64,000 nucleotides of DNA from a virus. Shown here in pieces: positions 19,522-29,649 of the stretch. The notes under the pieces are model-generated. The model ran no database searches and was not told the DNA's origin. It saw only the letters and a program-made list of their open reading frames with translations. Both the position numbers and the translations under genes were made by a program. The stretch spans positions 5,317 through 69,316 of IMG/VR virus record IMGVR_UViG_3300050821_005524; one strand, written 5' to 3'. Position 1 is the first letter of the stretch. The number at the start of each line of letters is the position of its first letter.

Positions 19522-20232
19522 ATGGCCTTCTCAATCGGTAACACCGCCCACAACACCGCCCTTGTTAGCGGCAGCGGCAATACCATGACTATTTCCGTTA
19601 ACGCCGGATCGGTCATACTTGTTCCGGTATTTCTGACGTCTACTTCTGCCCCAGTGATCCATGTCGTATCAATAACCAGTCCAGATTTAACGTTTGCTGC
19701 GCGGGCGATTAAAACAGAACAAGACACGGGAAGCAGCACCTTAGCTTGCGGCAGTGAGGTTTGGTGGGCTTACTCGTCAGGTGGGCTTACTAACGAAGTT
19801 ATCACCTTAAACATAAGCGGGTCCCCCAGCTTTAGTGGTTTTTGCGGGGCAATTGAATGTAGGGGGTTACCTAATACATCTAACCCGTGGGACGCCAACG
19901 GCTCCCTGCCGGCTGAAAATACTGGAACTGGCTCCAGTGGCACGGTTACAGGCGTCTCGACCAATAGCGGTACTCCGATTGGTTTAGTCTATACATCCAC
20001 GTCGGGCCCCGCCCATGCCGTACCTACGTCACCTGGAACTTGGACCGCTGCTGATCAGAGCGAAGGGGCCGGGGGTAATTCTCGTTTTGTGGTCTACTAC
20101 CAGGTGTTCTCTTCCGCGCAGAGTAACGCAACGTGGAGCGCGTCCGTTAATACTAACAACTGGACCTTTATGGGGGACGCTTTTGCAAACGTTATAGTGA
20201 CTAATACTTTTGGTGGGGTTATGGGATTGTAA
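19522..20232 (+). CDS. Ser/Thr-rich beta-sandwich virion protein
   Basis: Composition and position; broadly similar in style to 57951-58652. Confidence 0.55.
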   Translation: MAFSIGNTAHNTALVSGSGNTMTISVNAGSVILVPVFLTSTSAPVIHVVSITSPDLTFAARAIKTEQDTGSSTLACGSEVWWAYSSGGLTNEVITLNISGSPSFSGFCGAIECRGLPNTSNPWDANGSLPAENTGTGSSGTVTGVSTNSGTPIGLVYTSTSGPAHAVPTSPGTWTAADQSEGAGGNSRFVVYYQVFSSAQSNATWSASVNTNNWTFMGDAFANVIVTNTFGGVMGL

Positions 20233-20520
20233 ATGGCACTCCTTGCAACCAAAACCCATACCGTTGGAAACCGCGCCCGGTGGACCGTGGACTACTCCGA
20301 CTGGCTCCAGGATGGAGCGGTCCTTTTCACGGCTGCGATCGTTTCCTCGTCCATCACAGCCACGGTGGATACTACATCTTTCAACCCGACAAAGACAGAA
20401 GTCATGTTCTTCGTGAACGGCGGCTTGCTTAATGAAGTATTTACGGTTACACTGACAGTATCCGATACGCTCTCTCAGATACGGGTAGACACCGTAACCT
20501 TTACCGTCGTCGCCCCATAA
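20233..20520 (+). CDS. Stand-alone fibre adaptor domain
   Basis: LLAT..TVG.R.R..VDY.DWL shared with the N-terminus of 18208. Confidence 0.65.
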   Translation: MALLATKTHTVGNRARWTVDYSDWLQDGAVLFTAAIVSSSITATVDTTSFNPTKTEVMFFVNGGLLNEVFTVTLTVSDTLSQIRVDTVTFTVVAP

Positions 20521-20535
20521 CCAAGGGTACACGCC

Positions 20536-20718
20536 ATGTCCAGTTTTCTCCTCGTTGTTGGCGGGTTTGCAACTGCTTTTATGGTTGGCGTTGTTTTCAG
20601 TAACACGGTAACGGTGTGGTTCAACTCCAAGACCGCCAAGGTGGACGCTGACATCGAGGCTGCCGAAGCTGCCGTGAAGGCGAAAGTTACCCCCACCCCT
20701 CCGGCGAAGAAGCCATGA
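20536..20718 (+). CDS. Small membrane protein of the lysis cassette
   Basis: One TM helix; ATGA-coupled to the endolysin. Confidence 0.6.
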   Translation: MSSFLLVVGGFATAFMVGVVFSNTVTVWFNSKTAKVDADIEAAEAAVKAKVTPTPPAKKP

Positions 20719-21587
20719 AAACAAATTACGCTGCCTTCATCAAGCGGGTAATAGAGAACTACGAGGGCGGCTACGGCTGGGACAAGGGCGACACCGGCGG
20801 CCCCACCAAGTATGGCATTACCTGTTACGACCTGGCGGAACACCGCGGCAAGTTTATGAACAGCATGGCGGCATGGGCGCCGCTCGTCAAGGATATGCCG
20901 CTCCAAGAAGCAGAGGATATATATGTTTCCAAGTACGCGACTAAGTTGTATTTTGATGACCTACGTGCCGGTCCTGATTGCTGCATTCTGGATTACGGTA
21001 TTAATTCTGGCACCGCACGCCCCCTCCGGGTAGCCCGAGCATTGCTCAAGTTCACCGACCCTTCTAACCCCGCGCTCATCAAAGCCATCAACGCCGCAGA
21101 CCCGAAGTGGTTCGTGAATGCCATGGACCAGGAGCGGCTGCATTTCATGCACCAGATCCGCGGCGGGTCCGCATGGGAGCGGTTTGGTGGTGGGTGGGGT
21201 CACCGTGTCAACGACCTGGAGTCGTACTGTAACCATTTAATAGCCGGCAGCCCGGCTTCAGTTCCGTCGCCCGCGCCAACAACCCCGCACCCTAAGGTTG
21301 TCCATGGTCGACCGGGCGCAACTACAGGTACCATAACAAAAACGGCTGGCGGCGCCATCGCAAGCGGAGGCACTGCCCATGTGGCAGGCGCTCCGTCTTG
21401 GGTGCTGCCGGCCGTTGTGGGTGGGGTAGTGATAGCGGGTGTTGCGTTCGCGATCTATGAGAGCCGGAAGTACGCTCTCGCGAACCATACCGTTGTCATC
21501 CCACCGACTGTACCCCCCATGCCGCCGCCCGTAGTGCCGGCCGTCGGAGTTCCCACAGGAGCCACCGGTGTATCAAAAGCTGCTTAG
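20715..21587 (+). CDS. Endolysin, glycoside hydrolase family 108, with C-terminal hydrophobic segment
   Basis: EGGY...DTGGPTKYGIT, DYGINSG, FGGGWGHRV. Confidence 0.85.
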   Translation: MKTNYAAFIKRVIENYEGGYGWDKGDTGGPTKYGITCYDLAEHRGKFMNSMAAWAPLVKDMPLQEAEDIYVSKYATKLYFDDLRAGPDCCILDYGINSGTARPLRVARALLKFTDPSNPALIKAINAADPKWFVNAMDQERLHFMHQIRGGSAWERFGGGWGHRVNDLESYCNHLIAGSPASVPSPAPTTPHPKVVHGRPGATTGTITKTAGGAIASGGTAHVAGAPSWVLPAVVGGVVIAGVAFAIYESRKYALANHTVVIPPTVPPMPPPVVPAVGVPTGATGVSKAA

Positions 21588-21831
21588 ATGGTGCAAGGAC
21601 AGCGAGGTTATCCTCGCTTCCCGGCTGCATGTTCTTGCCGGGGTTCTGCTGGTCCTGCTTGACGTCATCCCGCCGTTCGTAACGCAGGAAAACCTGCAGA
21701 TGTTCATTGCCAACCCCAAGATCATTGCAGCCGCTCTTATCGCGAACGGCGTCAGCATGGAACTTCTGCGCCGGCACCGGGCGGAAGAGGTCGCCGACCC
21801 TGCCGGCGGTACCACCACACTGCTGAAATAG
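21568..21831 (+). CDS. Holin-like membrane protein
   Basis: Two TM segments after the endolysin. Confidence 0.5.
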   Translation: MYQKLLRWCKDSEVILASRLHVLAGVLLVLLDVIPPFVTQENLQMFIANPKIIAAALIANGVSMELLRRHRAEEVADPAGGTTTLLK

Positions 21832-21839
21832 GGGGGATA

Positions 21840-22223
21840 ATGTTCGCTTTTCTGACGGCTATTCCCTCCTTGATTTCCGGTTTGTTCTCCACCATTAACA
21901 CGGTGTCGAACAACCTGTCCAACGAGCGGATCAACCTGCAGAACGCCACCACCGACCGGGAGCGGGCGGAGATCAGCGAGCGCATATCCGCCCTACAGGC
22001 GACGAAGGACGTGCTTGTTGCCGAAGCGGCGCGGTCTAAAGTCCCAGTGTACGTGCAGCTTCTTATGACCCTGCCGTGGGTGCTCTACATCGGTAAGGTT
22101 GTAATCTGGGACAAACTCCTTGGGTGGGGTGAGACCGACACCCTCTCCCCGCAGGAGTGGTACCTGTGCTACATTGTCTACGGGTTCTGGTTTGTTCATA
22201 GTACCGTTGGTATGTTTAAGTAG
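21840..22223 (+). CDS. Holin-like membrane protein
   Basis: Amphipathic N-terminus, coiled coil, two TM helices (KVVIWDKLLGWG..D.L). Confidence 0.55.
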   Translation: MFAFLTAIPSLISGLFSTINTVSNNLSNERINLQNATTDRERAEISERISALQATKDVLVAEAARSKVPVYVQLLMTLPWVLYIGKVVIWDKLLGWGETDTLSPQEWYLCYIVYGFWFVHSTVGMFK

Positions 22224-22232
22224 GGGGCCGAC

Positions 22233-22454
22233 ATGGCTAAAGGTAGTAACGACAAGTACAAAGAGCAATACTTCAAGAGCGGCGGCAGTATCGCCATTAA
22301 GCCGTCGCACAAAGGCCTGCTCCACAAGAATCTCGGGGTAGCGGCAGACAAACCGATCCCGGAGAGCAAGCTGCAGAGCGCCAAGAACTCGTCTGATCCG
22401 GTGGTGCGCAAGCGCGCCACCTTCGCCGAGAACGCCAAACATTGGAAACACTAG
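22233..22454 (+). CDS. Small basic phage protein
   Basis: IKPSHKGLLHKNLGV...KRATFAENAKHWKH. Confidence 0.7.
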   Translation: MAKGSNDKYKEQYFKSGGSIAIKPSHKGLLHKNLGVAADKPIPESKLQSAKNSSDPVVRKRATFAENAKHWKH

Positions 22455-22455
22455 G

Positions 22456-22935
22456 GTGTCAATCCGGCTGCAATTCTCTGGGTGCCGGGATATCGCCTCT
22501 CGTGCGATAATGTGGTTTACCCACGGGCAGTTCAGCCACGTCGACGTCGTCCTGCCGAGCGGCGAGCTTTTAGGCGCCAGGAACGACAGTGTTGGCGGCA
22601 AGCCCCCCGGCGTGCAGGTACGCCCCAGGGGTTACACGCAGTTTTCCAAGCGCGTAATCATGGAGTTGACCCCCACGCTGGCGCAAGAGAAAAGTTTTTA
22701 CGACTTCCTTATGCGCCAGGTAGGCAAGCCCTACGACCACGCGGCCATATGGGGGTTCTTGGTAAATCGGGACTGGCGAGAGCGCGACAGCTGGATATGC
22801 TCTGAACTCATCGCCGCAACCCTCGAGGAATCTAGCATTATCGCCCGTCTGTATGCCCTCGCGTCAACCGTGGACCCAGTGGACCTGTCACTTATTTTCA
22901 GCGCCATAGGTGGCAGGCCCATTAAGGATGAGTAA
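22456..22935 (+). CDS. Permuted papain-like NlpC/P60 (YiiX-type) peptidase/amidase
   Basis: FSHVD (His), GKPYD, WICSEL (Cys) in permuted order. Confidence 0.75.
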   Translation: MSIRLQFSGCRDIASRAIMWFTHGQFSHVDVVLPSGELLGARNDSVGGKPPGVQVRPRGYTQFSKRVIMELTPTLAQEKSFYDFLMRQVGKPYDHAAIWGFLVNRDWRERDSWICSELIAATLEESSIIARLYALASTVDPVDLSLIFSAIGGRPIKDE

Positions 22936-23090
22936 AGCTTCCTTTCCTACTATAGAAGAGACAATGGCGGACGCCATGAAGGTGCCACCGCTAGGTATTT
23001 CACAGGGCCGCGGTAACCGGCTGGACCATGGAGCCAAGGTAGCCGCGGTAGGGTCAGACACCCACAGGATGACAGGACAAACCCCAGGAG

Positions 23091-23666
23091 ATGAAAATGC
23101 CGATGGACCAAGATCAGGAAGTGGTGGAGACCGGGCTGGCGGGGATGCAGGTGCCCGAGCCGACGCCATCCGTAGAACCCGTAACCATCCAGGGTCTTGA
23201 AGACGATCTCACCGTCAAGGTGGCCGAAGTCAACCAGCCGGCAGTGGTGCTAGCCGCGGCTACCCGTGCCGAGATGGAAACCGGTGCTGCCACCCTGCAG
23301 GCAAACTACAGGGGCGGCCCGACTACGGAGCAGCCGTTCACCAAGGACCTGCAGGAGCAGGCCGAGAACGAGAACATGCAGCGTAACTTCATGCTGTCGA
23401 TGCAGCAGGCCCAGCGCCCTGAAGTCAAGCCGTACACGCCACCCGAAGTCCCCAAGCAGATCGCGGAAACCACCCGCCTTGAGATGGAAGCAGGGCGGAA
23501 GCGCGTGGCCGAGTTCGCGGCACTCGAGCAAGCCCGCGTGCGGATCGTCCCGCAACATGACCCGTCCGCGGGTAAAACCGTTCCAGTGTTCCGCCCGGCC
23601 GACTGGGTGCCGGATCAACGCAAAGGCGAAGGCCACGTAGCTGGGAACAGCGCGCGACCTCTATGA
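23091..23666 (+). CDS. Hypothetical virion-associated protein
   Basis: AGGAG RBS; internal repeat ATRAEMETG / TTRLEMEAG. Confidence 0.65.
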   Translation: MKMPMDQDQEVVETGLAGMQVPEPTPSVEPVTIQGLEDDLTVKVAEVNQPAVVLAAATRAEMETGAATLQANYRGGPTTEQPFTKDLQEQAENENMQRNFMLSMQQAQRPEVKPYTPPEVPKQIAETTRLEMEAGRKRVAEFAALEQARVRIVPQHDPSAGKTVPVFRPADWVPDQRKGEGHVAGNSARPL

Positions 23667-23678
23667 GGAGTAACGACC

Positions 23679-26462
23679 ATCCCGGCCGTAAAATTGGAGC
23701 AGTACGGCGGCCAACTGCCGGCCTGGGACCCCCACCTCTTGCCGACCGGGCAGGCTGCCGTATCTATTAACGGCTACCTGTTTTCAGGCGCGCTGACTGG
23801 ATGGCGCCAGCCTAAACCGCTGTTCGCCCTGAACCCCGGCACGCGCTATGCCTTCCGTATCCCCACGTTGTCGGAAACGCAGGCCCACGCATATTATGTA
23901 CAGCTTGCACTCCCAACCGCGGGGGATACGGTTACTATAGGAGATCTGGTATATACCTGGGTCAACACGCTCAACAACCCGCAGGACGTATTAATCGGAG
24001 GTACAATCAATGGATGCGTTGCTAACCTTCTCTCCGCAGTCACTCTGGATAACAGCGCCAGGACCAACTCCGGGATCCTCTACGACGACGGCACGGTGCC
24101 CAACACCGCCATCGCCTATCCCCTGCCCGACACCACCCTCCCGGTCGGTCTCACTGCCGCCACTGCTGGTTCAGTGGTATTCAGCGCCGTCACCTATCCC
24201 TATATCTACGTCGGAGCTACGGATTTTGGAGCGGGATTCAATTCCACTCCTGTAGGCGAGAGCACCAGTGCTGTACGCAGCACTTGGGTGTTTGACCTCC
24301 TCGCCCAGTCGCACGTAACCGGCACGTACAGCGGCGGCAGCAATGCGTCGTTCGACGCCAGCGTAACCGGCGCCTCGACGTGGATGCAGTTCGCCGACCC
24401 GGACACCAGCGTCATAAAGTCCCCGATCGTCAGCGACAACTTCGACCGGTACTACTTCTCCAGCCCCAGCGTGCCGCCACAGTACAACCCCCGGACCCGT
24501 ATCGTCGCTGGACAGTCCCCGTGGCTTCTCGGCGTGCCGCCCCCCGGTTGTGCCCCGACTACCTCCGTCGTAGGCGGGGGCAATACCCTAGTCCTCGGTA
24601 ACACCACATCTAACGGTATACCGTACAACGCCATCGGCAACGCCGTCTACCTCATCCCGTTCACCTTCAACGGCGATACACAGATCCAGGACGTGCAGTG
24701 GTTCTCTGGCGCCAACCAGGCCGATATACCCACCTCCCAGTTTGCCGCCGTCATATACAACGATAATGCTGGTGTTCCCGGGGAACTTCTCAACACAGGC
24801 CAGCTCACGACGGGAGTGTTCGGGGGCGGTGCTGCAAACATAAGCTCGTTCATCAATCCTACCAACCTGACCAATAACAATCAGTACTGGATCGGGTTCA
24901 TTATCGACGTAGCCGTCCAGATAGACGGCGGCCCGGTTATCCCGAACAACAACTCGGCCACTTTCTTAGCGTCCTTCACGAACGGGCCGCCCGGCACCGC
25001 CCCGGCCGCCACCCTCAACGGGCCGGGGTTGCACATCATTGGGGACTTCCTCACCTCCGACGTAGTAGAGAGCAGAGCATATGTCTATACGTGGGTTTCA
25101 ACATATGGGGAGGAAGGGCCGCCTTCCCCGCCTACACTACTGGACGGTTGGTCCAATGGCGTCTGGACCGTCGGTCTGTGGACGCCTCCGCCCAATGACC
25201 TGGGTGTTCTACGAACCCTTAAAGATATTAACATTTATCGAACCGTCCCTGGGCAGGGGGGAGCCACCGTATTTTTCTTTGTGGATACGGTTCCTATCGG
25301 CACTGCGCAGTATGTCGACGCCAATCCCAACAACACGGTCGCGCTGAACCAGCAGCTACAGTCCACCAACTGGTTCCCACCGCCCGAAAACCTGCAGGGT
25401 CTTACCGTCCTACAGAACGGCATGGTGGCGGGATTCACCACCAACGAGATATGGTTCTGCGAGCCGTACCGCCCCCACGCCTGGCCACCGGGATACGTGC
25501 TCACCGTGGACTACCCGATCGTAGGACTGGGGGTCACCAGCGGCACCCTGGTCGTCATGACGGACAGCAACCCGTTCATCATTACCGGGCAGACGCCGGG
25601 GCAGATGACACAGAGCAAGTGCGCCCACCCGCACTCGTGCTCCTCGCGCGGGTCGATCATCAGCGGCGATGCCGCGGTGACCTACATGAGCCAGAACGGC
25701 CTCATCCAAGTCACCCCCGCGGGCGTCGCCACCAACACCACCGACTTGTGGTTCACACGCGAGAAGTGGCAACAGCTAACCCCACAGAAGTACGGACGTT
25801 CGATATTCATCGCCTCCTGCTACTACTGCCTAGGCAGCGTATCGCCGCCTGGCGTCTCCCCTGCCGACAACTCGCTAGCCCAGACCGGGTTCACCATCGA
25901 ACTCGACCAGGACAACACCAGCTTCACCATCTGGCCACAGCCGGGGGGCCACAGGCTGGGGTTCAACCAGCTCACCAGCCCCACCGGGTTCGACATACAG
26001 AACGTTATGACAGACACATGGACCGGCACCGGCCTGCTGGTGTCCAACGGTTCCGTGTATTACTTCGACTTCACCGATCCCAACCCCGCCATGGTGCCAT
26101 ACACATGGCGCTCCAAGACCTACCAGCAGAATGTCAAACGCAACTACGCCGCCATGCGCGCGTTCTTCAGTGTACCGACCAACACACCGGCACAGAACGC
26201 CATCGAGAACACCGCGCCTGCTAGCGATCCGTCGTGGAACACCCTACAAACTGGGCAGTATGGTATAATCAGGACGTTCGTGGACGTGGACGGTACCGGT
26301 AACTTGACGCTGATCGACGCCCGCGAGATCAGGGAGTCGAGCGCGCTCATGCGCATCGTGGACGGGTTCAAGTGCGAGCAGTGGGCCTGGGAGATCACTG
26401 GGCGCGTGCCAATTTCCAACATCCAGATTGCCACCTCGGTTAAGGAACTTGGGAGTGTGTAA
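23679..26462 (+). CDS. Tail tubular B/stabilisation (nozzle-like) protein
   Basis: About 927 aa; RAYVYTWVSTYGEEGPPSPP, WFCEPYRPHAWP, YTWRSKTY; start possibly ATC at 23679. Confidence 0.7.
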   Translation: MPAVKLEQYGGQLPAWDPHLLPTGQAAVSINGYLFSGALTGWRQPKPLFALNPGTRYAFRIPTLSETQAHAYYVQLALPTAGDTVTIGDLVYTWVNTLNNPQDVLIGGTINGCVANLLSAVTLDNSARTNSGILYDDGTVPNTAIAYPLPDTTLPVGLTAATAGSVVFSAVTYPYIYVGATDFGAGFNSTPVGESTSAVRSTWVFDLLAQSHVTGTYSGGSNASFDASVTGASTWMQFADPDTSVIKSPIVSDNFDRYYFSSPSVPPQYNPRTRIVAGQSPWLLGVPPPGCAPTTSVVGGGNTLVLGNTTSNGIPYNAIGNAVYLIPFTFNGDTQIQDVQWFSGANQADIPTSQFAAVIYNDNAGVPGELLNTGQLTTGVFGGGAANISSFINPTNLTNNNQYWIGFIIDVAVQIDGGPVIPNNNSATFLASFTNGPPGTAPAATLNGPGLHIIGDFLTSDVVESRAYVYTWVSTYGEEGPPSPPTLLDGWSNGVWTVGLWTPPPNDLGVLRTLKDINIYRTVPGQGGATVFFFVDTVPIGTAQYVDANPNNTVALNQQLQSTNWFPPPENLQGLTVLQNGMVAGFTTNEIWFCEPYRPHAWPPGYVLTVDYPIVGLGVTSGTLVVMTDSNPFIITGQTPGQMTQSKCAHPHSCSSRGSIISGDAAVTYMSQNGLIQVTPAGVATNTTDLWFTREKWQQLTPQKYGRSIFIASCYYCLGSVSPPGVSPADNSLAQTGFTIELDQDNTSFTIWPQPGGHRLGFNQLTSPTGFDIQNVMTDTWTGTGLLVSNGSVYYFDFTDPNPAMVPYTWRSKTYQQNVKRNYAAMRAFFSVPTNTPAQNAIENTAPASDPSWNTLQTGQYGIIRTFVDVDGTGNLTLIDAREIRESSALMRIVDGFKCEQWAWEITGRVPISNIQIATSVKELGSV

Positions 26463-26887
26463 TGGCTTCCGCACCGCAGTGTAACCTTACCCAGCCAATA
26501 CCCGTCGGTAATCCTGCATCCGCCAAGGGTTTCAAGGTCATACCCACCGGCGCTTCACTGCCGCAAGTCATCCGTATTCTAAACGAGAACTTCCAGCGGC
26601 TGTCGCCGTTCAACAGTTTCAACTTCTTCGGCGGTAACAGCTCGAGCCCCGGTGCCGCGGGGAAGCCAGGGAAGAACGCACAGGAGGGCAACTGGACCCA
26701 AAAATCCATCGTCACCCAAAAGGTGCGCGTGTACCAGATGAAGACCGACGGCACCATAAACAAACAGAACTATGTAGATGTGCTCCGTGTCAATAATTTA
26801 ACTATGCAGGATCACACCACCGGGGCCACCTGGGTGTATACCCGACAGGGGGTGGACGGGCCAAACATCCAGCTTCTACCCTCATGA
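26462..26887 (+). CDS. Hypothetical tail protein
   Basis: Coupled to both neighbours. Confidence 0.6.
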   Translation: MASAPQCNLTQPIPVGNPASAKGFKVIPTGASLPQVIRILNENFQRLSPFNSFNFFGGNSSSPGAAGKPGKNAQEGNWTQKSIVTQKVRVYQMKTDGTINKQNYVDVLRVNNLTMQDHTTGATWVYTRQGVDGPNIQLLPS

Positions 26888-27684
26888 GCCTTTCCCTTGA
26901 CGTTGTCTTTGACACCGTTATCAATGTACATTGGCAGTCGCAAGTGCCCCTGTTTGTTCTGTTTGAGAACTCCGGGCCATTCCCGCCAGGTTCCTTTACC
27001 TTACCTATAGACGTTGTCGAGTTCCATACCCCCACCAACCGGGTCAACAAGATACACGTATCCGAAGATGGAAAGACCTGGACCACGATCAACATGCCGG
27101 GGGACAATGGACCATTTCCAACCTATGCTTACGGTAACGGGGCTTGGATATTCGCGTACAACCAGTCTAACGGCTGGATCTACGGCCGTGATGGCGGTGG
27201 TGGCGGCGTAGGCCCGTGGGGCTATACCCTGTTTGGGGTAGACTATGGGCAATCAACAATTGTAATGTCTACTGATGGGTTTACATGGACTAAGAGGGTC
27301 GGATCGGCAAGGTCATTTCCACCGTACCACGACGACAATGGAAGTCTTGTAGGACCTAACGACGAGCCCATACTCGATCTTTCGTACACGCCAAACATAT
27401 TCCACTACCGGAAGCTCGTTACCCCCATCAGACACGCCCCTGTTTACACTACAGTTTCTATCCAAAGCCCGTTCAAATCCATTGTAGTGCCGGACAACCC
27501 CCCGTACCCGGGGAAAATAACGGACGTGACTACCCAGGACCCGTTCCTGAATGACGGGCTGCACCCCGGATTCTGGTACAGCGAGGACCACACAGCGACC
27601 TGGCACCATACCGTTACTCTGCCGCCCACAACGGGGATCTATGAAGCCGACGTAGAACTTAGCTTCGCCACCCCCGGTACATAA
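26884..27684 (+). CDS. BNR/Asp-box repeat protein
   Basis: SEDGKTW, STDGFTW, SEDHTATW. Confidence 0.6.
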   Translation: MSLSLDVVFDTVINVHWQSQVPLFVLFENSGPFPPGSFTLPIDVVEFHTPTNRVNKIHVSEDGKTWTTINMPGDNGPFPTYAYGNGAWIFAYNQSNGWIYGRDGGGGGVGPWGYTLFGVDYGQSTIVMSTDGFTWTKRVGSARSFPPYHDDNGSLVGPNDEPILDLSYTPNIFHYRKLVTPIRHAPVYTTVSIQSPFKSIVVPDNPPYPGKITDVTTQDPFLNDGLHPGFWYSEDHTATWHHTVTLPPTTGIYEADVELSFATPGT

Positions 27685-27728
27685 CGCTTTCTTTACCGCC
27701 GGGGCGGTATAGATTAACGATATTATAA
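27681..27728 (+). promoter_or_regulatory. Candidate late promoter with two CtrA-like boxes
   Basis: ATAA-N7-TTTAC-N11-TATAGA and TTAA-N7-ATAA (27714-27728). Confidence 0.4.
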
Positions 27729-27738
27729 GGGTAGCACG

Positions 27739-29649
27739 ATGGCGGATACTACCACTCAATCCCAAGGCACTTCCAGCAGCTCTGGGTATTCTTCCTCCCT
27801 GCCGGTATCGGTGCAGTCGCCACAGTCCCAGTGGGGGCTGCAGCTTTCCCAGCTGCTGGGCGCGCTAACCCAGAACCAATACGCCTGGGCCCAGCAGCAA
27901 TACAACATGGGGCTGGGGGTCACCGACGCCAACATAAACCAGTACATGCAGGAGGCCCAGCAGGGGGCGGGGCTGGCGCAGAATCTCCTCGGGAGGTACC
28001 AGAACGTCTTCGAGCCGCTGATGAACCAGTACATAGCGCAAGCTGGGTCATACAACTCCGAAGCCCGCCAGCGGTTCATGATGGGGCAGGCCGAGAGCAC
28101 CGCGGGGCAAGCCGACCAGGCCGCCATGGACAGCGCGCAGCGGCAGCTGCAGGGGTTCGGTGTTAACCCGAACTCGGGGCGATACCAGGATTTGCTACTG
28201 ACTTCACGTTTGCAGGATGCGGCAACGCGGGCCGGCGCCGGCACCCAAGCATCGGTCAACACGGCTAACACCGGCCGGCAGATGGAGCAGACCGCTCTTG
28301 GGTGGGGGCAGAACGAACCCGGCATGGCGGTAAACGCGCTGCAGTCCGCCTACACGGGCATCACGGGGGCGGAGAATGCGATCCTGGGGCAGCAGAACAC
28401 TGGCGCCAACTTGCTAAACACCGTGCCGAATTTCGGTAACGCCGCGGCGAACGCCAACCGCCTGCCGCCCGTGGGGCAGCAAAGCCAGTCGCAGCAGCGA
28501 TCGGGGTCGCAGAACAGCAGTCAGGGGCAGGGGAACAAGCAGCCAAACCAGTCAAGCGGGCAGGGGGCGGGAAAAGGATCGCAAACGCCCGATAACACAC
28601 TGTATGGGGGTGCCAATCCCGGCGGTGGCGGTGGCATGAGCGCCGCCAATCAAATAGGCCAGCAGACGGGGCGCCCTGTACCAAAAGATCAGCAGGACCA
28701 AAACGGAGGGGACTACGCCACTGCGGGTGGTTTAGATCTAGGCCCTGTGAATCCGAGCGATATCCCCAGTTGGCTGAATAACCCGACACTTACCGATAAT
28801 CCGTTTGGGGCTGGATCCCCCAACCAAGCAACTTCACCCGACAACACGAACTGGCCCGCAGCCGGCCCGCAGCAAATTCCCATGGGCTTCGGACAGGGGC
28901 CCGGAACCAGCTCAGGGGGTGTTTCATCAGAACCCTACTATTATCAGCCGGGGACTTTCCCAACAGGACAGGGAGGAGACCTTGCTGCCCAGGCGGGAAT
29001 AAATGACATCGGCAGCAACCTGGGGCAGTTTAACGATACCCAACCCAGCAACGCGCCACAATCCTCTTGGTGGGACCCCACAACGCCAGCAAATGCCGGC
29101 GACATGCCCAGCGGACCAGGGCAACAGTTCCCCGGGGACCAAAGTGGCCAGTACACCCCGCCGCCAGACCAGAGTTCATTCCGAGGACAGTACCAGCCAG
29201 GAATGTTCAACCAGCCACAGGATCAAAGCGGTGGCCAGTACGCCCCGCCGCCGCAAGACACCAGCGGCGGTTACACGCCTCCCGCTGACACGGGTGGCCA
29301 GTACGCCCCACCCCCCGACATGGGCGGTGGGGGTGGGGGCGGCGATTACTCTGGTGGTTACGCCAGCGGCGGCGTCATCCCCAACCAAACTTCCGGCGGG
29401 TTCGTGCCGACGAGTGCCAGCCCAAGCCAGGGACGGCGTACGGACGATATCCCGGCACGACTAAACGCCAAGGAATTCGTTATCCCGCGCGATGTAACCG
29501 AGCATCTCGGTACGAAACACTTCAGTGACCTCATCGCCAAGTCGCGCAAGGCGCGAACCGGTATGGCGGGGCCACCGCCGCAGGGTAAAATGAAGCCTGC
29601 GCTGCGCATGCGTCCTACCTTCACTTCGCATTACACGGGAGCACGATAA
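27739..29649 (+). CDS. Internal virion (ejection/pilot) protein 1
   Basis: Q/A/N-rich helical N-terminus, GVNPNSGRY, TDDIPARLNAKEFVIP. Confidence 0.7.
   Translation: MADTTTQSQGTSSSSGYSSSLPVSVQSPQSQWGLQLSQLLGALTQNQYAWAQQQYNMGLGVTDANINQYMQEAQQGAGLAQNLLGRYQNVFEPLMNQYIAQAGSYNSEARQRFMMGQAESTAGQADQAAMDSAQRQLQGFGVNPNSGRYQDLLLTSRLQDAATRAGAGTQASVNTANTGRQMEQTALGWGQNEPGMAVNALQSAYTGITGAENAILGQQNTGANLLNTVPNFGNAAANANRLPPVGQQSQSQQRSGSQNSSQGQGNKQPNQSSGQGAGKGSQTPDNTLYGGANPGGGGGMSAANQIGQQTGRPVPKDQQDQNGGDYATAGGLDLGPVNPSDIPSWLNNPTLTDNPFGAGSPNQATSPDNTNWPAAGPQQIPMGFGQGPGTSSGGVSSEPYYYQPGTFPTGQGGDLAAQAGINDIGSNLGQFNDTQPSNAPQSSWWDPTTPANAGDMPSGPGQQFPGDQSGQYTPPPDQSSFRGQYQPGMFNQPQDQSGGQYAPPPQDTSGGYTPPADTGGQYAPPPDMGGGGGGGDYSGGYASGGVIPNQTSGGFVPTSASPSQGRRTDDIPARLNAKEFVIPRDVTEHLGTKHFSDLIAKSRKARTGMAGPPPQGKMKPALRMRPTFTSHYTGAR

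Noticed and set aside
22910-23200. 96-aa ORF between the peptidase and 23091
   Set aside because: Overlaps the better-supported 23091 gene by about 110 nt; coding status unresolved
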